Positions 56,607-64,000 of a stretch of 64,000 nt of DNA are shown piece by piece. The DNA is taken from the IMG/VR virus record IMGVR_UViG_3300042561_002100, positions 115,527 to 179,526 of that record; one strand, 5' to 3'. This DNA is from a virus. The notes beneath the pieces were generated by a model, which ran no database searches, was not told the origin of the DNA, and saw nothing but the letters and a program-made list of their open reading frames with translations. The position numbers were made by a program, and so were the translations under genes. The number at the start of each line of letters is the position of its first letter. Position 1 is the stretch's first letter.

Positions 56607-57059
56607 ATGCAAATCTCACTAGAAGAACTAAAAGAAATCTTTGATAAAGTTCTCACCGAAGTAAAAGTAAAAAAATGTTGTTCCGAATCAGATAACATTT
56701 TACTATCCAGAGATCCCAAAACTCCACCAAAAACACTCCAAGCCTTAGCGACAGATGTGAATCCTGATGTTCGTTATTTTGTAGCACAAAATCCCAATAC
56801 TCCAACAAAAGTTCTAGAACAACTAGCGACCGATGAGAATTGGCGTGTTCGTTGTGGAGTAGCACATAATCCAAATACTTCAACAAAAACACTAGAACAA
56901 CTAGCGACCGATGAGGATTCTTATGTTCGTTGGGGTGTAGCAAGAAATCCAAACTATAATCCAAAAGAGACTCTTGAAGTAACTAAACAACAAAAAGAAG
57001 CTCTCAAGAAATTGATTGATGCTAGTCAAGACGAATCACTTAAAACTATCAATCTTTAA
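56607..57059 (+). CDS. LRV/HEAT-like repeat protein, 3 units, non-family caps
   Basis: Three repeat units between unrelated N- and C-terminal segments. Confidence 0.85.
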   Translation: MQISLEELKEIFDKVLTEVKVKKCCSESDNILLSRDPKTPPKTLQALATDVNPDVRYFVAQNPNTPTKVLEQLATDENWRVRCGVAHNPNTSTKTLEQLATDEDSYVRWGVARNPNYNPKETLEVTKQQKEALKKLIDASQDESLKTINL

Positions 57060-57074
57060 TTCAGACGGTTGTTA

Positions 57075-57120
57075 AACTGTCACAACAGCCACCCAAATTC
57101 ATCTCTGGGTGGTTTATGCT
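57075..57120 (+). promoter_or_regulatory. Early promoter with upstream box
   Basis: AACTGTCAC; TATGCT at +40; CCACCCA/TGGGTGG inverted repeat in spacer. Confidence 0.65.
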
Positions 57121-57181
57121 AGATATTGTTCAGATAACGATTGATCTTTCTTTTTCGTTCACAATTTTGGAGATTTATTAA

Positions 57182-57754
57182 ATGAGTGACACTTTTCGTT
57201 CTCTTTGTGTTGACTTAGTTGATGTACTGAAGCTTCATTGCAACGACTGTGAGTTTTCTTGGGGAGTAATTGAACGCACCGAGAAACTTCTATCTCAATC
57301 TGAGCCAGAATTTACGACCGAAGAAATTGATATGAACGCTGCACCGTGGAGCCTTTTGACTCCAACACAGTCATCATTAGAGGAAGCCTTGCGCGATGCT
57401 ATCGGTGGATTGCGATACATTGAACAACATTATGGACGACTCTATGGTGTTGGCTGGGATCGTGTCTATAATAATGCCGAATTGCTATTGTGTGAAGATC
57501 CAAAAACTACTTTGACACAATCTTCCGATTATTCAGAGCCGGAGGAGCTGACGGATGATGACATTGAAGAAGCAGCCGCAATTATCTACGAATCGATGCG
57601 TTTTGGTGCCGGCCCCTTGAGCACTCCTCCCTGGATGGAGCATGGCAATTCGCTGATGTAAGATGAAGCACGCCGATCCGCCCGCGCTATCCTCGCCCGC
57701 TCGAGGGCCGCCCCACTGGGCCATCCCGCTGCCCACCACACAGGAGCCCAACCG
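57182..57754 (+). pseudogene. Mosaic gene with premature TAA (57659-57661)
   Basis: HGNSLM*DEARRSARAILAR continues in frame past the stop; GC rises to ~70% around the stop. Confidence 0.55.
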
Positions 57755-57982
57755 ATGAACATCATTCAATCCCTAGACGAAGCGCTAAACCGCAAAGTCA
57801 GATGTACTGATAACGCTTTGCGGCGCCTCACTCACTATGACAATAGCCTTGGGTATTACCAGAGGCCAATAGGGCAAGACGTGTGGATGGACCTAGGCGG
57901 CGTTTATCTGCATGTTTGCCAGAGGCTATTCATCGGCGGCACGATTGAAGACACCAGTACCACATCACAGGAGAAAACATGA
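57755..57982 (+). CDS. Hypothetical protein (GC-rich patch)
   Basis: AGGAG ribosome-binding site upstream; ATGA-coupled downstream. Confidence 0.55.
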   Translation: MNIIQSLDEALNRKVRCTDNALRRLTHYDNSLGYYQRPIGQDVWMDLGGVYLHVCQRLFIGGTIEDTSTTSQEKT

Positions 57983-58293
57983 GCGAATCACATCCTTATA
58001 CCCGTCACATTTCCTACCGCTTTGAGGTACTCGGAGAAGTGATTGAGATCCACAGCATCAACGGAGACGAAGCCATCGTTAGCGAAACTAGATTCAATGG
58101 GCAGGAAGACACTCACATGGTTATGCCCATTGAGCGCGTGAAAGGAGTTTGGAGATGGATAGACGATGAGGATGAGTTCAATCGTTTTGTCAAATATCAC
58201 GGTAGACAGCTAGCAGGAGCAATTCTCAAATACATTAATAAGTATGGTGTTCCAGATACAGAGAAAATCAGTATCACAGAAAAGAGAAATTGA
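57979..58293 (+). CDS. Hypothetical protein
   Basis: Operon ORF. Confidence 0.6.
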   Translation: MSESHPYTRHISYRFEVLGEVIEIHSINGDEAIVSETRFNGQEDTHMVMPIERVKGVWRWIDDEDEFNRFVKYHGRQLAGAILKYINKYGVPDTEKISITEKRN

Positions 58294-58296
58294 ACG

Positions 58297-58638
58297 ATGT
58301 TTGATAACTTTATTAACGGCTTTCTTTTTGGCTCAATGAGCGTACTACTATTGTGGTATGTTTTTGATTATCGCAAAATTTTACGAATTTTAGAAGACTT
58401 TGATCATCTAAGGGGATATAAACGACTTAACTTATTAATATCACCGCCTCTTGCGAAAGACATGAGAAATCTTAAAAATAAAACAGGTCTTTCTGAAGAT
58501 GAGATTTTTTACCTAGCAATGGCACTTTACAGAGTATCATATGATACTAAGGAAAAAGGTGGATGTGTTATTCTAAAAAATTCAGATGGCACTATCAGAG
58601 AAAATGTTGGTTTTGCGACACTTCCAGTCAATCGGTAA
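58297..58638 (+). CDS. Membrane-anchored ribbon-helix-helix-like protein
   Basis: N-terminal TM; RLNLLISPPLAKDM..L...TGLS..EIF..AM. Confidence 0.5.
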   Translation: MFDNFINGFLFGSMSVLLLWYVFDYRKILRILEDFDHLRGYKRLNLLISPPLAKDMRNLKNKTGLSEDEIFYLAMALYRVSYDTKEKGGCVILKNSDGTIRENVGFATLPVNR

Positions 58639-58682
58639 ACTGGCACACCAATCACCCAAACTGATCGTTTGGGTGCTACACT
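58638..58682 (+). promoter_or_regulatory. Early promoter with upstream box
   Basis: AACTGGCAC; TG-C-TACACT at +39; perfect CACCCAAA/TTTGGGTG inverted repeat in spacer. Confidence 0.75.
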
Positions 58683-58709
58683 AATTTTATTCAACGAGGA
58701 ACTCATATT

Positions 58710-59036
58710 ATGAATCAAGAAGTTAAAACAAAATGGATCCAGGCTCTTAGATCTGGAAAGTACAAGCAAGGTTTTGGTGTTCTTCGCAGTGAAGACTGTT
58801 ATTGTTGTCTTGGCGTTTTATGTGATCTGAATGAAGATACGGATTGGGAAGTCCTTGATAATCCAGTAAAAAATATTTATAAGCCATCTCCAGATGATTC
58901 CTATATGTGTCTACCCAATAAAATATCTGAATGGGCAGAACTAACATCTCATCAAGAAGATGTATTAGCGACATTTAATGATACAGCTAGGTACACTTTT
59001 GAACAAATTGCCGATTACATTGAAGAGAATCTTTGA
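58710..59036 (+). CDS. Conserved phage protein, paralogue 1
   Basis: KWIQALRSGKYKQG..L...YCCLGVLCDL...TFEQIADYIE. Confidence 0.75.
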   Translation: MNQEVKTKWIQALRSGKYKQGFGVLRSEDCYCCLGVLCDLNEDTDWEVLDNPVKNIYKPSPDDSYMCLPNKISEWAELTSHQEDVLATFNDTARYTFEQIADYIEENL

Positions 59037-59365
59037 TTATGAATCAAGAAGTTAAAACAAAATGGATCCAGGCTCTTAGATCTGGAAAGTACAAACAAGG
59101 TCAAGCATATCTTCGTGAAGGTGAATATTATTGTTGTCTTGGTGTTTTATGTGATCTGAATGAATCAAGACAATGGACTCCTATTGATCGTCCATCTAAA
59201 AAGATTTATAGCCCATTTCCCAATGAAGACCATCTAATGTTACCTAAAAATATCTCTCAGTGGGCAAATTTAATAGAAATTGAACAGGACGAGCTAATAA
59301 AACTTAATGATACAGATAATTACACTTTTGAACAAATTGCCGATTACATTGAAGAGAATCTTTGA
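59033..59365 (+). CDS. Conserved phage protein, paralogue 2 (tandem duplicate)
   Basis: Identical N- and C-termini to paralogue 1. Confidence 0.75.
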   Translation: MIMNQEVKTKWIQALRSGKYKQGQAYLREGEYYCCLGVLCDLNESRQWTPIDRPSKKIYSPFPNEDHLMLPKNISQWANLIEIEQDELIKLNDTDNYTFEQIADYIEENL

Positions 59366-59811
59366 TTATGCAAGAACATTTCCAAATTGTTAAACATTAT
59401 CAACGTACAACTTTTGATAATATCAAAAAATATCTAAAAGAAGGTAATTATGTTGCCGCCATTAATTGTTGGCAACATTCATATTATCCTATTTCGGTAG
59501 AAAATTTTCTTGCTTGTAATGAAACTGAAACTAATCGTGAACTTTTGGATAGTATTAAAGATATTCTTTCTTCAGTTGAACATTCTGTAAATAAAATTGA
59601 AGAGCATCTTAGAGAAGAAAGTTCACTATGGCAAGAAATGATGGAAGCGGGAGCACATCATAGTCATCCTCACCATCAAATGGCCGACAAAATTTTATGT
59701 GTTAGAGATTGGATTGACAATCATTTCTCTGCTAGAAAAATTGATTCTGGTGCGGTATTTGCTGCACTTACTAATCAAGCAAATAAATGTCGCAACTTTA
59801 AGCGTGATTAA
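59362..59811 (+). CDS. Hypothetical protein
   Basis: Coupled ORF. Confidence 0.6.
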   Translation: MIMQEHFQIVKHYQRTTFDNIKKYLKEGNYVAAINCWQHSYYPISVENFLACNETETNRELLDSIKDILSSVEHSVNKIEEHLREESSLWQEMMEAGAHHSHPHHQMADKILCVRDWIDNHFSARKIDSGAVFAALTNQANKCRNFKRD

Positions 59812-59814
59812 TAA

Positions 59815-60477
59815 ATGTTAAAAATCTTAGAATCCCAAGTTAAAATCGCCACAGAAGAAGCGGTCAAAGAACTTACTAAACCTTCATGGGTCGAACTTCC
59901 AGAATGGGCTGAGTGTCTTGGATTCGCTTTTTCTAGAGATGACGATGAATTTTATAATTCCATTTACGGAAAAGAATTAGTGGATCAAATGAAAGGTTAT
60001 TGGTGTTATTTTTCTTTTAATGATCCAGTAGGTGTTGCAAATCTTGAATATCGTCCAGAAGATAATACCATCAAAAAATATATTGTATGGATATGGTCAA
60101 TAGAAGGGGTAGGAATCAATTTTTATGTTGAAACTACTCTTTCTAAGACAAAACTTCAAAAATATTATTATCTAAAAAGTCCTACTATAAAAAGAGTTGA
60201 TGTTTACACAGAAGATCAAGAGATTCCCATTGATGGTAAACTACTAGGATCTGATCCAACAGTAAAAGTTGAATCTGCTGATTATGATATTCTGATTAGT
60301 GATATCCAAAAACATTATATTAAACTCAATAAAGAATTTGAATCATTATCTAAGAAACTTACAAATCCCAATTTTAAAGAAAAAGCACCAAAATCAGTTG
60401 TCCTAAAATGTCAAAGTGATTACGAAAAAGTTGAATCTAATTTAGCACTTCTTAAAACTAAATTGAATCTATTATGA
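59815..60477 (+). CDS. Protein ending in a valyl-tRNA synthetase C-terminal coiled-coil arm
   Basis: LSKKLTNPNFKEKAPKSVV...LL..KL..L matches the ValRS C-terminal arm. Confidence 0.7.
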   Translation: MLKILESQVKIATEEAVKELTKPSWVELPEWAECLGFAFSRDDDEFYNSIYGKELVDQMKGYWCYFSFNDPVGVANLEYRPEDNTIKKYIVWIWSIEGVGINFYVETTLSKTKLQKYYYLKSPTIKRVDVYTEDQEIPIDGKLLGSDPTVKVESADYDILISDIQKHYIKLNKEFESLSKKLTNPNFKEKAPKSVVLKCQSDYEKVESNLALLKTKLNLL

Positions 60478-60692
60478 CCAAGGAAGAACTTCTCCAATTT
60501 GTTAATCAGTATCAACGTTATTTTAATGTTGATGATCTCCAAGATTTAGAACCATTGGAAATCTTAAAAAAATTTACTCATAGATGTTATGAGTATGGAC
60601 ATGAGAAAGGAGATAGAAGGGGTTATAGAGAAGGTTTTGACGCAGGATATAAAGAAATAGAGTCTAGAGTATTAGATCTTTTTAATCATTAA
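60474..60692 (+). CDS. Hypothetical protein
   Basis: Coupled ORF; YEYGHEKG..GY.EGF.AG. Confidence 0.55.
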   Translation: MTKEELLQFVNQYQRYFNVDDLQDLEPLEILKKFTHRCYEYGHEKGDRRGYREGFDAGYKEIESRVLDLFNH

Positions 60693-60709
60693 ATCATCTT
60701 TCTAACATC

Positions 60710-61105
60710 ATGACCCGACGAATCATTGAAGAGCACATCACACTTTATGGAATCAATAACGATATTGATTCTCTAATTAATGAGCTACTAAAATATAAAG
60801 ATCAAGGATTTGAAAAATATACAACTGATCGTGAGGGTTTTATTGAACTTCATACTCTTCGTCCTGAGACCGAAGAAGAATCTCAAGAGCGACTTGAGCT
60901 TGAACGTCAAAGAGATGAACGACAAAAAAGAGAGTTAGAACAAAGACAAAAAGCTAAATTGCTCAAACAACAACGAAAAGAATATCACAGACTAAAAAAT
61001 ATTTTAAGTGATTCAACATTTAACGATAAGACTCCGACTCATATAGTAGAACAATACCATAATCGTTATAATACTCTTAAAGATATTCTCATTGCCACTT
61101 TATGA
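60710..61105 (+). CDS. Hypothetical coiled-coil protein
   Basis: RPETEEE..ERL; distant similarity to 61948-62253. Confidence 0.6.
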   Translation: MTRRIIEEHITLYGINNDIDSLINELLKYKDQGFEKYTTDREGFIELHTLRPETEEESQERLELERQRDERQKRELEQRQKAKLLKQQRKEYHRLKNILSDSTFNDKTPTHIVEQYHNRYNTLKDILIATL

Positions 61106-61150
61106 ACTGTCACACCGAAGAGCATTAAAACAGTTCAGATATGCAAGAAT
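61105..61150 (+). promoter_or_regulatory. Early promoter with upstream box
   Basis: AACTGTCAC; TG-C-AAGAAT at +40. Confidence 0.5.
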
Positions 61151-61175
61151 GATCAAGTTGGATGAAACATCGCTT

Positions 61176-61529
61176 ATGATCTGGCTTATTAAAGAACTTA
61201 GAGATGAGTTATTTTATTATCTCGCTAAAACAAAATATACACCACCAAAAGTTCTAGAACAACTAGCAACCGAAAAGGATTCTAGTGTTCGTGAATGTGT
61301 AGCACTAAATCCAAACACACCAACAAAAGCCCTAGAACTTCTAGCTACTGATAGGTATTGTTATGTTCGTTGGAATGTAGCAAGAAATCCAAACACACCA
61401 ACAAAAGCCCTAGAACTTCTAGCTACTGATAGGTATTATTGTGTTCGTTGTGATGTAGCAAGAAATCCAAACACTCCCCACTACATCAAAAAGTATCTTA
61501 AAATTCAAGAACATCTGGCGACGTTATGA
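61176..61529 (+). CDS. LRV/HEAT-like repeat protein, 3 units
   Basis: Repeat plus C-cap; start moved downstream of the promoter (track gives 61092). Confidence 0.85.
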   Translation: MIWLIKELRDELFYYLAKTKYTPPKVLEQLATEKDSSVRECVALNPNTPTKALELLATDRYCYVRWNVARNPNTPTKALELLATDRYYCVRCDVARNPNTPHYIKKYLKIQEHLATL

Positions 61530-61744
61530 ACAAATTTGAACAAGCTATAGATCCATCCACACCATCAAAAGCACTAGAACTACTAACGACCGATGAGGAT
61601 GATTATGTTCGTAGGTTTGTAGCAAGAAATCCAAACACACCACCAAAAATATTAAAACAACTAGCGACCGATGAGGATTATGATGTTCATGAAGAAGCTT
61701 CACAAAAACATTTTCTTATTATGATGCAAAATATTATCCGATAG
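61526..61744 (+). CDS. Truncated LRV repeat protein (N-cap plus 1-2 units, no C-cap)
   Basis: MNKFEQA N-cap; repeat breaks off at YDVH. Confidence 0.7.
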   Translation: MNKFEQAIDPSTPSKALELLTTDEDDYVRRFVARNPNTPPKILKQLATDEDYDVHEEASQKHFLIMMQNIIR

Positions 61745-61947
61745 AAAAGGTAAAAGGTACATAAGAATTAAAACTATTAAAACTAAAACACATCTACTAA
61801 AATTAATTATGGATAAACGTACAACATCAATGATCGTAATGACCACAGGATCGTTACTCACTATTATTGGATTATTGCCCAATGGACTCGTGTTTCTTTG
61901 GGTGGGTGGATTTATGTTTGGAACTGGTATTACTATATGGAGCGGTC

Positions 61948-62253
61948 ATGAAGAAAATTAGTAGAATTACGATCCATGAAGAGCAAATAATTGATTTGGA
62001 TGTTGATATTGATTCAGCTATTTCCCAACTACAATCATATAAAGAACAAGGTTGGGATAGAGTACGCTGTACTACAATATCTCATATGTATGATGTTGGT
62101 GAATATCCTGCAATATTAGTCTGTAGAAATAGATTGGAAACAGATGAAGAATATGAAAAGCGAAAAAAGAAAGAAGAACAGTTAAAAACCAAACAACAAG
62201 AATTAGATCTTAAAGAATACAGCAGACTAAAAAAATTATTTGAAAACAAATGA
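61948..62253 (+). CDS. Hypothetical protein
   Basis: RLETDEEYEKRK; ATG 61948 preferred. Confidence 0.6.
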   Translation: MKKISRITIHEEQIIDLDVDIDSAISQLQSYKEQGWDRVRCTTISHMYDVGEYPAILVCRNRLETDEEYEKRKKKEEQLKTKQQELDLKEYSRLKKLFENK

Positions 62254-62462
62254 ATGCCAAAGTTTATAAAATCATACTACAAGTTATTGATTATCAATCA
62301 GAAGAAGAAATTCGTTATAGAATAGAAAACATAAAAGATCTTTATCCCACAGTGATTACCATGGAATCAAGAGATCTCGGTGAGTGGTATGACGATCATC
62401 CATTAAACAAAAAAGAAACTTATTTAGCGGAATTTGAGAGGTTATTTAATGAGCAAGCTTAA
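62250..62462 (+). CDS. Hypothetical protein
   Basis: DLGEWYDDHPLN motif. Confidence 0.6.
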   Translation: MNAKVYKIILQVIDYQSEEEIRYRIENIKDLYPTVITMESRDLGEWYDDHPLNKKETYLAEFERLFNEQA

Positions 62463-62757
62463 TTTGAATGAATTATCTTATGAAGAATTATTGAATATAC
62501 AAGAAGACATTGAAAAAGAGATGTCTAATAGAAAAGATATGAGGGTATATAAGATCAGTTTTTACGTGGGCTTCATATCAAATAAACACCGACATGATGA
62601 GTTACTAACAGCAGATGATTTTGGTTATTATTTTGTTAATGAACCATCTAGGATGATTATAAATGATCTTAACCTCATTCATCCCGAAGATGTATCTGGT
62701 TTTGATGTAATAGAGCTGAAACCAGATCAGTTTCCAGATATGTTTAAAACAACTTAA
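62449..62757 (+). CDS. Hypothetical protein
   Basis: ATG 62449 preferred. Confidence 0.55.
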   Translation: MSKLNLNELSYEELLNIQEDIEKEMSNRKDMRVYKISFYVGFISNKHRHDELLTADDFGYYFVNEPSRMIINDLNLIHPEDVSGFDVIELKPDQFPDMFKTT

Positions 62758-62770
62758 GATTAGAATAATT

Positions 62771-64000
62771 ATGAAAGAATGGCGACAATCACAACTACCA
62801 GATTGGATTCGGCGGGGAATGGTGGATCTGTTTCCTGAGGATGGTCTAGCTGAACGGTTAGATCAAACGGATCAACCTCTGCGGGTGAAACTGGGCATTG
62901 ATCCTACAGGTAGTGATATTCATCTGGGCCATTCAATTCTGTTCCGCCGCCTGCGGGCGTTTCAGGATGCGGGCCATACGGCGGTGCTGATCCTGGGGGA
63001 TTTCACCGCCCGCATCGGCGATCCCACGGGCAAGAGCGCTACGCGGGTGCAGCTGAGCGCGGCGGAGGTGGAGGCGTATGCGGAAACCTATCTGGTGCAA
63101 TTGGGCCTGGGCCAACCACGCGAGCGAGCGTTGCTGGATTTCGAAACTCCGGGCCGGCTGGAGGTGCGCCGCAACAGTGAATGGCTGGCGGGCCTGGATC
63201 TACCGCAGGTGATTGAGCTGCTGGGCACGAGCACGGTGGGCCAGATGCTGGCGAAGGAGGATTTCGCGAACCGCTACGGCAACGGCACACCGATTTCCTT
63301 GCATGAATTCCTCTACCCGCTGCTGCAGGGGTATGACTCGGTGGCGATCGAAGCGGACGTGGAACTGGGCGGCACGGATCAGAAGTTCAACGTGGCGATG
63401 GGCCGCGATCTGCAGCGCCACTTCGGCCAGCGCCCGCAATTCGGGATGCTGCTGCCGATTTTGCCGGGCACCGATGGCGTGCAGAAGATGAGCAAGAGCC
63501 TGGGCAATACGGTGGGCCTGCGGGAAGACCCGCTCTCGATGTATTCAAAGCTAGAAAAAGTGCCCGATGCATTAGTGGACGATTATATTACATTATTAAC
63601 CGATTTCAATCTTAAAGAATTACCAGAAAATCCCCGTGAACGCCAGAAAATAATGGCGTTAGATATAACTAGCAACTTCCACGGTGAAGATGTAGCAAAA
63701 ATGGCACAGAAGAATGCTGTTCAGTTAGTTTGTAATAATGGGAATCAAAATGTAGATCTCGTTAATGTTCCTGAGAATTCTCTTTCTAGTGTTAATTTTC
63801 CAGCTAAGGCATTTTATCTTCTATCAGCAATAGGAATATGTGCTACCAGTAGCGACGCTCAGCGACAAATTAAAGGTGGAGCTGTCCGATTAAATGGTGA
63901 AAAATTAACCGATCCTAATTATGTGTTTACATCAATAACAGAACTAGAAGGAAAGGTTGTGCAGTTGGGAAAGAAAGTATTTCGGAGATTGATAAAATAA
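62771..64000 (+). CDS. tyrS: Tyrosyl-tRNA synthetase, cyanobacterial type, GC-mosaic
   Basis: [15 protein letters not shown] (HIGH), [23 protein letters not shown]-terminal S4-like domain; TAA at 63998-64000. Confidence 0.95.
   Translation: MKEWRQSQLPDWIRRGMVDLFPEDGLAERLDQTDQPLRVKLGIDPTGSDIHLGHSILFRRLRAFQDAGHTAVLILGDFTARIGDPTGKSATRVQLSAAEVEAYAETYLVQLGLGQPRERALLDFETPGRLEVRRNSEWLAGLDLPQVIELLGTSTVGQMLAKEDFANRYGNGTPISLHEFLYPLLQGYDSVAIEADVELGGTDQKFNVAMGRDLQRHFGQRPQFGMLLPILPGTDGVQKMSKSLGNTVGLREDPLSMYSKLEKVPDALVDDYITLLTDFNLKELPENPRERQKIMALDITSNFHGEDVAKMAQKNAVQLVCNNGNQNVDLVNVPENSLSSVNFPAKAFYLLSAIGICATSSDAQRQIKGGAVRLNGEKLTDPNYVFTSITELEGKVVQLGKKVFRRLIK

Noticed and set aside
83-56964. Antisense ORFs over LRV genes (83-514, 3270-3467, 3830-4069, 29275-29571, 39876-40208, 46431-46919, 48167-48421, 56653-56964 and others)
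   Set aside because: They are shadows of the repeat (MVCLD..RSLVVL), which happens to lack stops in one reverse frame. I saw no supporting promoters or ribosome-binding sites.
85-61744. Diversity-generating retroelement as the source of LRV variability
   Set aside because: DGR mutagenesis hits template adenines, but the A-rich scaffold (AATCCAAACACACCACCAAAA) is invariant while variation is confined to six codons. No RT, avd or template repeat is visible in the window.
85-61744. CRISPR array (constant repeat with variable spacer-like segments)
   Set aside because: The units are in-frame coding repeats of 78 bp with short variable codons, not 26-45-bp unique spacers, and no cas genes are present.
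62933-63572. Several overlapping ORFs inside the GC-rich tyrS patch
   Set aside because: These are expected from stop-codon scarcity in high-GC DNA; only the tyrS frame has recognisable motifs.

Overview
A 64-kb segment of a large, AT-rich T4-like cyanophage (myovirus). Bases 1-12.3 kb hold core replication and metabolic genes (glutaredoxin, speD, thyX, phoH, exonuclease, gp33, gp59, gp32). Bases 12.3-38.9 kb hold the baseplate and tail module (gp53, gp48, gp2, gp4, gp26, gp51, two tail-lysozyme proteins, cp12, gp5, tail fibres) with T4-type late promoters. Bases 38.9-64 kb are an early/accessory region of short genes behind a repeated phage early-promoter box. Two systems stand out. (1) At 51.0-54.9 kb, a DUF2828 gene (vWA-containing, probably Ro60/TROVE-like) is surrounded by six copies of a covarying RNA stem motif, AGATGATT-CAGCA(A)TT...AAAATCATCT. 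Four copies are free-standing, in the operon leader and next to tRNA genes. Two replace the anticodon loop of otherwise tRNA-shaped RNAs. One of those RNAs is split in its T-arm by a tnpB-only IS200/IS605 element. (2) Fourteen dispersed genes are built from a 78-bp/26-aa LRV (HEAT-like) repeat, about 55 units in total, with near-invariant scaffold codons, six hypervariable positions, shared caps and ATGA coupling. They resemble a natural combinatorial binder library. The window also encodes translation genes (EF-Ts, TyrRS, a ValRS C-terminal arm fusion, tRNA-Arg, tRNA-fMet), and the tyrS core is a ~65-70% GC patch inside an AT-rich gene. All product calls come from motif recognition by eye; no database searches were run.
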